A stretch of 64,000 nucleotides of DNA, from NCBI GenBank assembly GCA_029060065.1, contig JAIDUT010000065.1:5148-69147 (forward strand). The letters are read 5' to 3'. The notes below the pieces were generated by a model, which worked only from the letters and a program-made list of their open reading frames with translations, ran no database searches and was not told where the DNA came from. Position 1 is the first letter of the stretch. Each line of letters starts with the position of its first letter. The position numbers were made by a program, and so were the translations under genes. Shown in pieces: positions 1 through 6,760 of the stretch. This stretch comes from Clostridia bacterium (GTDB lineage Bacteria; Bacillota; Clostridia; Christensenellales; UBA3700).

Positions 1-446
1 ATCGCTGACATATCCGTACCCATCCAAATGATGATGATCGGACCCAGCGCAATTTTAGGTAGCGCGTTGAGAACGACGATATAAGGCTCTAAGACCCTTC
101 TCACGCTCTCAAACCACCACAATATGATTGCTATAAGCGTACCCAAGATTGTCGCAAGGAAAAAGCTCACGACGGTTTCGAGTAGCGTTATTCCAACGTG
201 TTTGCCAAGGTCACCGCCTTTGACAAGTTCGGCGAAACAGTCCATCATTCTCGACGGACTTGACGAGATAAAACTGTCTATTATTTCGAACTTTGCAAGC
301 AGTTCCCACAGCAATAGAAAAATCAAGAGAAGTCCCACCCTTGACAGCGTAATTACTGCGTTGCGTTTGCGCAGATTTTTTACGTACGAGATATGCTCGG
401 GCGTGTACGCCACGGGGGAACTATTTTTGCGTGTCAGGTGTTTCAT
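1..446 (-). CDS. ABC transporter permease, NitT/TauT (nitrate/sulfonate/taurine) family; the C-terminus runs off the window
   Basis: Not in the ORF track because there is no stop in the window. My minus-strand translation from the ATG at 446-444 reads MKHLTRKNSSPVAYTPEHISYVKNLRKRNAVITLSRVGLLLIFLLLWELLAKF...VLNALPKIALGPIIIIWMG. It has hydrophobic TM segments and an SsuC/TauC-like pattern. It overlaps the upstream ATPase gene by 26 nt. Confidence 0.75.
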   Translation of the reverse strand, partial: MKHLTRKNSSPVAYTPEHISYVKNLRKRNAVITLSRVGLLLIFLLLWELLAKFEIIDSFISSSPSRMMDCFAELVKGGDLGKHVGITLLETVVSFFLATILGTLIAIILWWFESVRRVLEPYIVVLNALPKIALGPIIIIWMGTDMSA

Positions 447-1218
447 TACTTTTCTCCGAATGTGTTTGTAAGTTGCTCCATATCAAGTCGAAGTAGCTTC
501 CGAAACTTGAGCTTTCCCGTCGTTTTAGTGGAGTCAGTTCATTGAGCGGAGCGATATCGATTATCGCCTTAATTCGGCTTGGTCTTTGGGTGAGAACTAT
601 CACCCTGTCGCACAGCGATATGGCTTCGTTTATGTCATGCGTGACAAAGACGGCGCTCTTATGTTCGCTTTTAAGTATTGTATATACGTCCTCGACTACA
701 TTAAGGCGAGTCTGGAAGTCCAATGCGGAAAAAGGCTCGTCTAACAACATCAGTTGAGGCTCCATTACCAGCGTGCGTATCAAAGCAACTCTTTGCTTCA
801 TACCTCCCGAGAGTTGGTTGGGATAGAAGTCTTTGAAATCATATAGATTATATTTTTTGAGCAATTCTTTTGCAAATTCTACCTTTTGCGGAGTTTTTTG
901 CTTTTTGATTTCAAGCCCCAAAGTGACGTTGCTCAATATCGTTCTCCAAGGCATTAGTTCGTCTTTTTGCAACATATATCCCGTCAAACCTGAACGGGCA
1001 TTGGCTTTTTGCCCGTCTATCAGCACCTCACCCCGAGTAGGAGTGAGAATGCCGGACATTAGTGACAGGATGGTTGTTTTTCCGCATCCGCTGGGACCTA
1101 CGATACCAAGTAGTTCGCCTTCATAGCATTCAAAAGACAAGTCTTGAACTGCAAGCGTTTCGTTTTTGGGCGTATGGTACGTCAGATGGACGTTTTGCAT
1201 TTGTAAGATTGCTTTCAT
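421..1218 (-). CDS. ABC transporter ATP-binding protein (NitT/TauT family)
   Basis: Walker A GPSGCGKTT, signature LSGGMKQRV, Walker B LMLLDEPFSALD, H-loop VTHD. RBS AGAGGT lies upstream. Confidence 0.9.
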   Translation of the reverse strand: MKAILQMQNVHLTYHTPKNETLAVQDLSFECYEGELLGIVGPSGCGKTTILSLMSGILTPTRGEVLIDGQKANARSGLTGYMLQKDELMPWRTILSNVTLGLEIKKQKTPQKVEFAKELLKKYNLYDFKDFYPNQLSGGMKQRVALIRTLVMEPQLMLLDEPFSALDFQTRLNVVEDVYTILKSEHKSAVFVTHDINEAISLCDRVIVLTQRPSRIKAIIDIAPLNELTPLKRRESSSFGSYFDLIWSNLQTHSEKSNETPDTQK

Positions 1219-1226
1219 TTTTACCT

Positions 1227-2228
1227 CTATTCGTTGAGTATTTTTTGCGCAACGCTACCGTCGAATATTTTGGAGAACGCAACTTTTTCAGTCATGATTC
1301 CCGATCCGATTATAATGTCTTGCAATAAATTAAGATCTTCTTCTTTCATTATCGGCGTAGTGGAATAAGCGTCGATATCCTTATACGCCTGAATTGCAGT
1401 AGTAAGCGCTTCTTCGCTCGTGCCTACAAATGACGGAGCAAGCACTTTGGCTACTTCTTGCGCAGTATGGGTGTTGACGAAATCCATTGCTTTTATTAAA
1501 GCTCTGGTAAACTTCTCGACCTTGTCTGCGTGTTTTTTCATATAGCTACTAGTTGCCATAAAAGCGGTGAAAGGCATATCGCCGGCTTGTTCTCCGACGG
1601 AAGCAACGATGTAACCCTTTCCGGCGCTTTGCATAGCCGAAGCGGAAGGCTCGAACATAGTGCAGTAATCGCCTGTACCGCCCTCGAATGCGGCACCGAT
1701 AAGGTCATACTGTACGTCGAAATTTAAGGTATAATCCTTTCCGTCAACAAGTCCGGCTTTTTTTATAGCATATTCGAGCGCCATAGCAGGCACACCGCCT
1801 TTTCTACCGCCGATTACGTTTTTGCCGGCGAGGTCAGACCAAGAGAAGTTTGCGTTAGGCTTTCTAGCCATAAGGAAAGAGCCGTCTTTTTTGGTGAGTT
1901 GGGCAAAGATAACGGGGTAATCCTTTCTGCCTTCGTTAGCAATATATATTGCGGCTTCCGGGCCCATAAGACCAATATCCGACTGTCCTGCGATTATTGA
2001 CGTCATACATTTGTCTGCGCCACCGCCGTTGGAAAGTTGTATATTTATACCTTCCTCTTTGAAATATCCGCCGTCTATAGCTACGTATAGCGGAGCATAG
2101 AATACGGAATGAGTTACTTCAATAAGTTTGATTGTGTTGCCATCGTCTTGATTGCAACCTGCCATACAGCCAAGGCAAGCCACTAATATGACAGCCAAGG
2201 TAAGTACGATGCAAATAGTTTTTTTCAT
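1227..2228 (-). CDS. ABC transporter substrate-binding lipoprotein (NMT1/THI5-like, sulfonate/HMP-type); ligand unknown
   Basis: Signal peptide with a lipobox (LGCMAGC). The overall pattern resembles NMT1/SsuA-like binding proteins. RBS TAGGAGGT. First gene of a binding-protein / ATPase / permease operon. Confidence 0.75.
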   Translation of the reverse strand: MKKTICIVLTLAVILVACLGCMAGCNQDDGNTIKLIEVTHSVFYAPLYVAIDGGYFKEEGINIQLSNGGGADKCMTSIIAGQSDIGLMGPEAAIYIANEGRKDYPVIFAQLTKKDGSFLMARKPNANFSWSDLAGKNVIGGRKGGVPAMALEYAIKKAGLVDGKDYTLNFDVQYDLIGAAFEGGTGDYCTMFEPSASAMQSAGKGYIVASVGEQAGDMPFTAFMATSSYMKKHADKVEKFTRALIKAMDFVNTHTAQEVAKVLAPSFVGTSEEALTTAIQAYKDIDAYSTTPIMKEEDLNLLQDIIIGSGIMTEKVAFSKIFDGSVAQKILNE

Positions 2229-2420
2229 TTTTACCTCCTAAATTTTGTCACTACAATATATGTAGGTTATTGCTCCTTTGTTACGTCGCCGACTGTAAGC
2301 GTCGCTGTACTTTGAAAGTACGCTTCCGTCGGAAAATACTTGCTTTTCTTGTCTAGCTCTCTTCTAGCCGGCGAAACATAGTGAATAGAAATTAAATTTG
2401 TGAAAAAATTAAAAAAACTG

Positions 2421-2449
2421 TTGACAAATCATTAAGTATAGCGTAATAT
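2421..2449 (+). promoter_or_regulatory. sigma-A type promoter (TTGACA-17-TAATAT) for the T-box/trpB2 transcript
   Basis: TTGACA at 2421-2426, a 17-nt spacer, TAATAT at 2444-2449. Confidence 0.55.
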
Positions 2450-2456
2450 GTAAATA

Positions 2457-2694
2457 ACTTAATACAAACACAAACCGTTGAGAAAGAAGAGTACCTATCG
2501 GTAGAGAACTTTACAGAGAGTTGCAAATGGTGAGATGCAATGAGTTGTCGGATAGCGAATGGACTTTTGAGGGCAGAGTAATGTCTGACGGAATCCCCTC
2601 GTTAGTGGGAAGATGCGTGATGGCGCATTAGGGTGGCATAAAAACAAGATACTGCGGTCTTGTCCCAATTTATCGGGGCAAGGCTAATTTTTTT
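2457..2694 (+). promoter_or_regulatory. T-box riboswitch leader with a Trp (UGG) specifier and an intrinsic terminator
   Basis: Stem-I distal-loop-like GGTGAGA (2529-2535). Specifier-loop context GAA-TGG-A (TGG at 2560-2562). F-box-like CTCGTTA (2598-2604). T-box core TTAGGGTGGCA (2628-2638) with UGGC able to pair with a GCCA 3' end. A 10-bp terminator stem (2657-2666 / 2675-2684) is followed by T7 (2688-2694). Confidence 0.7.
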
Positions 2695-2720
2695 ACTAAG
2701 GTATATAGGAGGATGTTGAA

Positions 2721-4091
2721 ATGACAAAAATACCGCACAGATTTTATTTGACAGAGGAACAGATGCCAACGCAATGGTATAATCTTAGAGCAGATATGAA
2801 GGAGCAACCGGAACCAATGCTGAATCCGGCAACAGGCAAACCTATAGAGGAGAAAGATTTATATCCTATTTTCTGTGAAGAACTTGCTCATCAAGAAATG
2901 GACGCTACGACCAGATACGTTGATATACCGGAAGAAATTTTGGAAATGTACAAGATATATAGACCCTCTCCGCTTTGCAGAGCTTACAATCTTGAAAAAG
3001 CTCTCGGCACACCGGCAAAGATTTATTATAAGTTCGAGGGTAATAATACGTCGGGAAGTCACAAACTTAACTCGGCAATCGCTCAGGCATACTACGCCAA
3101 GAAGCAAGGAGTAACTTCGCTTACTACGGAGACCGGCGCCGGTCAATGGGGTACCGCTTTGTCTGAAGCGTGCGCCTATTTCGGACTACCGCTCGACATA
3201 TTTATGGTAAAAGTGTCTTACGAACAGAAACCGTTCCGTAAAGCTGTTATGCAGGTATTTGACGGCAACGTGGTTCCATCTCCGTCTACGACTACGCAGA
3301 TAGGTAAGAAGATTTTGTCAGAAAATCCCAACACCGGCGGTTCTTTGGGATGCGCTATCGCAGAAGCGGTAGAAAAAGCAGTGACTACTTCAAATTGCAG
3401 ATATGTGTTGGGTAGCGTGCTCAATCAAGTGCTTCTTCACCAATCAATCATAGGTTTAGAGAGTAAAAAGGCTATGGAAATGCTTGGCGAATATCCTGAC
3501 GTGGTAGTAGGTTGCGCAGGCGGTGGTTCCAACCTTGGAGGACTTATATCTCCGTTCATGCAAGATAAACTTCTTGGTAAGAAAAATACGAGATTTGTTG
3601 CGGTTGAGCCCGCGTCCTGCCCGTCGTTTACGAGAGGTAAGTACGCTTACGATTACTGCGATACCGGAAAGACTACGCCTCTTGCAAAGATGTATACGCT
3701 TGGTAGCGGTTTTATTCCCTCTGCCAATCACGCAGGCGGTTTGAGATACCACGGTATGTCGCCTATACTTTCCAAACTCTATCACGACGGTTATATGGAG
3801 GCGGTATCTTATGAGCAGACAAAGGTCTTTGAGTCGGCGGTGCTTTTTGCTAAGTGCGAAACGATATTGCCTGCTCCCGAGTCTTCTCACGCAATTAGAG
3901 GCGCTATAGACGAGGCTTTGAAGTGCAAGGAAAGCGGAGAAGCAAAGACTATTCTCTTTGGTTTGACAGGTACGGGATATTTTGATATGAAAGCATATTC
4001 TGAGTATCTCGAGGGCAAGATGACTGACTATATTCCAACCGACGAGGATTTGCAGAAAGGCTTTGCATCGTTGCCGTTTAGCGATAAGTAA
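2721..4091 (+). CDS. trpB: TrpB2-type tryptophan synthase beta-like PLP enzyme (stand-alone, no trpA nearby)
   Basis: 456 aa, the long TrpB2 form. PLP-lysine motif GSHKLN and glycine-rich GCAGGGSN. Strong RBS AGGAGG. Directly downstream of the Trp T-box. Confidence 0.85.
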   Translation: MTKIPHRFYLTEEQMPTQWYNLRADMKEQPEPMLNPATGKPIEEKDLYPIFCEELAHQEMDATTRYVDIPEEILEMYKIYRPSPLCRAYNLEKALGTPAKIYYKFEGNNTSGSHKLNSAIAQAYYAKKQGVTSLTTETGAGQWGTALSEACAYFGLPLDIFMVKVSYEQKPFRKAVMQVFDGNVVPSPSTTTQIGKKILSENPNTGGSLGCAIAEAVEKAVTTSNCRYVLGSVLNQVLLHQSIIGLESKKAMEMLGEYPDVVVGCAGGGSNLGGLISPFMQDKLLGKKNTRFVAVEPASCPSFTRGKYAYDYCDTGKTTPLAKMYTLGSGFIPSANHAGGLRYHGMSPILSKLYHDGYMEAVSYEQTKVFESAVLFAKCETILPAPESSHAIRGAIDEALKCKESGEAKTILFGLTGTGYFDMKAYSEYLEGKMTDYIPTDEDLQKGFASLPFSDK

Positions 4092-4145
4092 GAAGGTATA
4101 TATTTGCACGGCAATAACGCTTAAAATTCATAAAGGAGAGAGAAT

Positions 4146-4451
4146 ATGCAATATATGACACCGCCCAATCATATCGGCTTCAAAGCCGTCAAGCTCTTTG
4201 GCGAGAGCGGAAAGATTATCGACGGAGCGGTAGCGTACCTAGAGCCTAACGGTGGAGGACCTGTCGAAAAGCATACTCACTTTCATAATCACCTTTTTTC
4301 GGTGCTTGAGGGTGAGGCGAAGATAGTTGTTGGAGAACAATTCGTTATACTCAAACAAGGCGAGAGTTTTTTGGTTGACGGAACTATTCCTCATTCGGTA
4401 TGGAATAATTGCGAGAAACAGACTGTTATGTTAGGAATATCGGTACTTTAG
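4146..4451 (+). CDS. Small cupin-domain protein
   Basis: 101 aa. Cupin metal motifs HTHFHNH...G and a downstream P.H. RBS AAAGGAGAG. Co-transcribed with trpB2, with the terminator after it. Confidence 0.65.
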   Translation: MQYMTPPNHIGFKAVKLFGESGKIIDGAVAYLEPNGGGPVEKHTHFHNHLFSVLEGEAKIVVGEQFVILKQGESFLVDGTIPHSVWNNCEKQTVMLGISVL

Positions 4452-4475
4452 TTTTCGCCATACAAGCGTTATAAA

Positions 4476-4498
4476 GCGGGAGAATTTCTCCCGCTTTT
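4476..4498 (+). terminator. Rho-independent terminator
   Basis: GCGGGAGA-att-TCTCCCGC followed by TTTT. Confidence 0.7.
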
Positions 4499-4569
4499 AT
4501 TTATGGTAGACATAGTATTTATGAATTTAAGGCGCGAAAGTAAAATGTTGGCAAATATGCCGAGATAGG

Positions 4570-4599
4570 TTGACTGGGATAAAAATAATAGGTTATAAT
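4570..4599 (+). promoter_or_regulatory. sigma-A type promoter (TTGACT-18-TATAAT) that would give a near-leaderless mRNA
   Basis: TTGACT at 4570-4575 and TATAAT at 4594-4599. The in-frame ATG at 4612 is only 12 nt past the -10 box. The ORF-track TTG start coincides with the -35 hexamer. Confidence 0.5.
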
Positions 4600-4611
4600 A
4601 TACCAGAATGT

Positions 4612-5289
4612 ATGAGAAGTTATAAAATAATTTCTACACTGCCCTCTAAACGCAAAAAAGTATATAAGGTGGAAAGTCAAGGCGAAGTCTGTATACTCAA
4701 AGAATATGAAAAAGTTGAGGATGCAGAAAAAGAAATGCAAATTGCCAATCAGGTAGCTTTGACAGGTTATGCGCCAAAGGTATTAGACCACCAAGATAAT
4801 TTGGTGATGTACGAATATATTGAGGGTGAGAATTTTTGCGAAGCATTCCGCCTTGCAACAATGACTGACGACGTTGAGACGATGGAGCTTTTGGCAACTC
4901 GACTGTCAATATTTTTACAAATCATATATTCTTTTACCGAAAAAGCTATTAAAGAGGTTGACTTCAATAATTACGTTGTTAAGGACGGCAGAGTAGTGGG
5001 GGTAGACTTTTTGAAAGTAGACGAAGGTATGCCGTATGAGGACGTGGCAAGCGCAATAGCTTTTGCGCTCATGAACAGCGCGGGACAGTATTACGATAGT
5101 TATTACTTTGTATATAGGTTGCTTGCTTGTTTTAAGCTCGATATGATGGACGTCATAAATGAAGTTAAGGCGAGATTAAAACGGCGCGCCAGTCAAGCGG
5201 GCACAAAAGACTATATTGACATAGATTTGCTTATGGAAGGGCTTGTCAATTTTGACAAAAAAGGCGTAGATTGGCGCAAGCTAATCTAG
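4612..5289 (+). CDS. Small protein-kinase-like / phosphotransferase-fold protein, function unknown
   Basis: Kinase-like landmarks: VCILKEY (beta3 Lys), EKEMQIAN (alphaC Glu), hinge MYEYIEG, catalytic-loop-like VDFNNYVV, DFG-like VGVDF. Start moved from the track's TTG 4570 to ATG 4612 (see promoter). The fold assignment is tentative. Confidence 0.45.
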   Translation: MRSYKIISTLPSKRKKVYKVESQGEVCILKEYEKVEDAEKEMQIANQVALTGYAPKVLDHQDNLVMYEYIEGENFCEAFRLATMTDDVETMELLATRLSIFLQIIYSFTEKAIKEVDFNNYVVKDGRVVGVDFLKVDEGMPYEDVASAIAFALMNSAGQYYDSYYFVYRLLACFKLDMMDVINEVKARLKRRASQAGTKDYIDIDLLMEGLVNFDKKGVDWRKLI

Positions 5290-5324
5290 CATTTATAAAA
5301 AGGATTAGATTGGCGCAAGCTGAT
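5267..5324 (+). repeat. Direct repeat TAGATTGGCGCAAGCT(A/G)AT, two copies 39 bp apart
   Basis: An exact 16-mer occurs at 5267-5282 and 5306-5321. Copy 1 encodes the last residues (DWRKLI*) of the kinase-like ORF. Copy 2 is intergenic. Confidence 0.85.
5271..5299 (+). promoter_or_regulatory. Candidate promoter of the XRE gene (TTGGCG-17-TATAAA)
   Basis: The -35 box lies inside repeat copy 1. The predicted TSS (about 5306) falls at the start of repeat copy 2. Confidence 0.4.
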
Positions 5325-5353
5325 TTTGATTCTAAATTTAGGAGGTATGCATA

Positions 5354-5572
5354 ATGAAATTCGCAGAAAGATTAAAGGAACAAAGACTTATCAACGGTTA
5401 TAACCAAGAATATTTGGCTAAGTACATGCAAGTATCTCAAGTTTCTATCAGCAACTGGGAGAGAGGAGTAAAAGAACCAAGCTATCAAGCGTTGATAGAC
5501 CTTAGCAACTTATTTGGAAAGACGACGGATTATATGCTTGGTCTTAAGGACGACGACAGTAAGAGCATTTAG
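5354..5572 (+). CDS. XRE-family helix-turn-helix transcriptional regulator
   Basis: 72 aa with an HTH_3 pattern (QEYLAKYMQVSQVSISNWERG). RBS AGGAGG. Confidence 0.85.
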   Translation: MKFAERLKEQRLINGYNQEYLAKYMQVSQVSISNWERGVKEPSYQALIDLSNLFGKTTDYMLGLKDDDSKSI

Positions 5573-5603
5573 ATAGATTGATTATAAATGTATAAAAGAA
5601 ATA

Positions 5604-5639
5604 AAAAGGTATTAAGTAATGATTTGCTTAATACCTTTT
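5604..5639. terminator. Bidirectional hairpin terminator
   Basis: AAAAGGTATTAAG, a 10-nt loop, then CTTAATACCTTTT. A/T runs on both sides. Sits between convergent genes. Confidence 0.65.
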
Positions 5640-6353
5640 ATTATACAGTGCTTTAGCTTCGTCCGTCATATTACCGTCTTCTTCATAGACCACGAGTCTT
5701 TCTACGTCTAAAGAGTGCTTACCGCATTTTTTGCAAATAAGAACGAAGGTATCGGCTTTTTTGGATATTTTGGGGTATATCAGCGTTAAGGTCTTGGGTA
5801 TGAGTTTGTTTTGCGAGCAATACGTTATCACTTCAGCCATACGGCTTGTCTTGTGGATTATATAAAAAGCTCCGCCGAATTTAAGTATCTTTGACGCGCT
5901 AGCGATTATATCTTCAATAGTACATGCGCTTTCGTGTCTGGACAGCGCAATTTGAGGGCTTTCGCGTTTTTCACCGCTTTGGGCAGAGAAATACGGCGGA
6001 TTGCAGACCACGACTTGAACGCTTTCTTTGCCGAGTATATCGGGAGCGTTGGCTATATCGCCGTTGATAATTTCCACTTTATCTTGCAAGTTGTTGAGTT
6101 CGACGTTTTGCTTAGCAAGGTTTGCCACGTCGTTTTGCAACTCGATACCTATTACTTTTTTGCAAGGCGTCTTTGCGGTGAGAAGCAAAGATATTACGCC
6201 ACTGCCACAACCGAAATCGACTATAGTATCTCCGCTTTTACATCTTACGTTATTGGCAAGAAGCACGGCGTCGGAAGTAAAGCAATATCCGTCTGGGTCT
6301 TGAAGTATTTTAAGTCCGTTGCATTGCAAATCGTCAAGTCTTAGCTTTGTCAT
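5628..6353 (-). CDS. Class I SAM-dependent N6-adenine methyltransferase (tRNA m6A37 TrmN6/YfiC-like)
   Basis: SAM motif VDFGCGSG and catalytic NPPY (VVCNPPYF). 241 aa. Confidence 0.65.
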   Translation of the reverse strand: MTKLRLDDLQCNGLKILQDPDGYCFTSDAVLLANNVRCKSGDTIVDFGCGSGVISLLLTAKTPCKKVIGIELQNDVANLAKQNVELNNLQDKVEIINGDIANAPDILGKESVQVVVCNPPYFSAQSGEKRESPQIALSRHESACTIEDIIASASKILKFGGAFYIIHKTSRMAEVITYCSQNKLIPKTLTLIYPKISKKADTFVLICKKCGKHSLDVERLVVYEEDGNMTDEAKALYNKRY

Positions 6354-6407
6354 ATCTAAATAGTACTATAAAAATATACTATAAGTCAAAATAAAATCAA
6401 AAATGTA

Positions 6408-6436
6408 TTTACAAAAAGTAAATAATTGGATAGAAT
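6408..6436 (+). promoter_or_regulatory. Promoter (TTTACA-17-TAGAAT) for rubredoxin
   Basis: Hexamers at 6408-6413 and 6431-6436. Confidence 0.45.
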
Positions 6437-6465
6437 AATAATATAAACCAATAGGAGGTAGCGAT

Positions 6466-6621
6466 ATGAAATACGTTTGTAGCGTTTGCGGATGGGAATA
6501 TGATGAGGAAGTAGGAAGCGAAGAACTCGGCATAGCTCCAGGCACGAAGTGGGAAGATATCGAAGATGATTTTTCCTGTCCGTTATGCGGAGTAGGAAAA
6601 GACGATTTTTCGCAAGAATGA
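6466..6621 (+). CDS. Rubredoxin (51 aa)
   Basis: Below the ORF-track size cutoff. My translation is [51 protein letters not shown]. It carries the two rubredoxin CxxCG knuckles (CSVCG, CPLCG) and the conserved W/Y/F core. RBS AGGAGG at 6453-6458. Confidence 0.9.
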   Translation: MKYVCSVCGWEYDEEVGSEELGIAPGTKWEDIEDDFSCPLCGVGKDDFSQE

Positions 6622-6658
6622 TTATTCCAAAGATAATTAAGTAATTGAAATCACAAAG

Positions 6659-6686
6659 ATACGGGCTTAAGAAGCTCGTATTTTTA
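6659..6686 (+). terminator. Rho-independent terminator after rubredoxin
   Basis: ATACGGGCTT-aag-AAGCTCGTAT (one G-U pair) followed by a T run. Confidence 0.6.
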
Positions 6687-6760
6687 TTTATTATGCTTCT
6701 TGACAATCAAAGGTCGCAAATGATAAACTTACATTATAAAGTATATTTCAAAGGAAAGAT

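Noticed and set aside
3456-4109. A 217-aa minus-strand ORF inside trpB2. Similar antisense ORFs occur at 27608-28228, 38577-38954, 17622-18140 and 19893-20351.
   Set aside because: All overlap well-supported plus- or minus-strand genes on the opposite strand. All have R/S/L-rich, low-information sequences without an RBS.
6386-6706. A 106-aa minus-strand ORF in the trmN6-helicase intergenic region.
   Set aside because: The region is better explained by a plus-strand rubredoxin gene with its own RBS, promoter and terminator. The minus-strand translation is an I/L/F/Y-rich AT-codon artefact.
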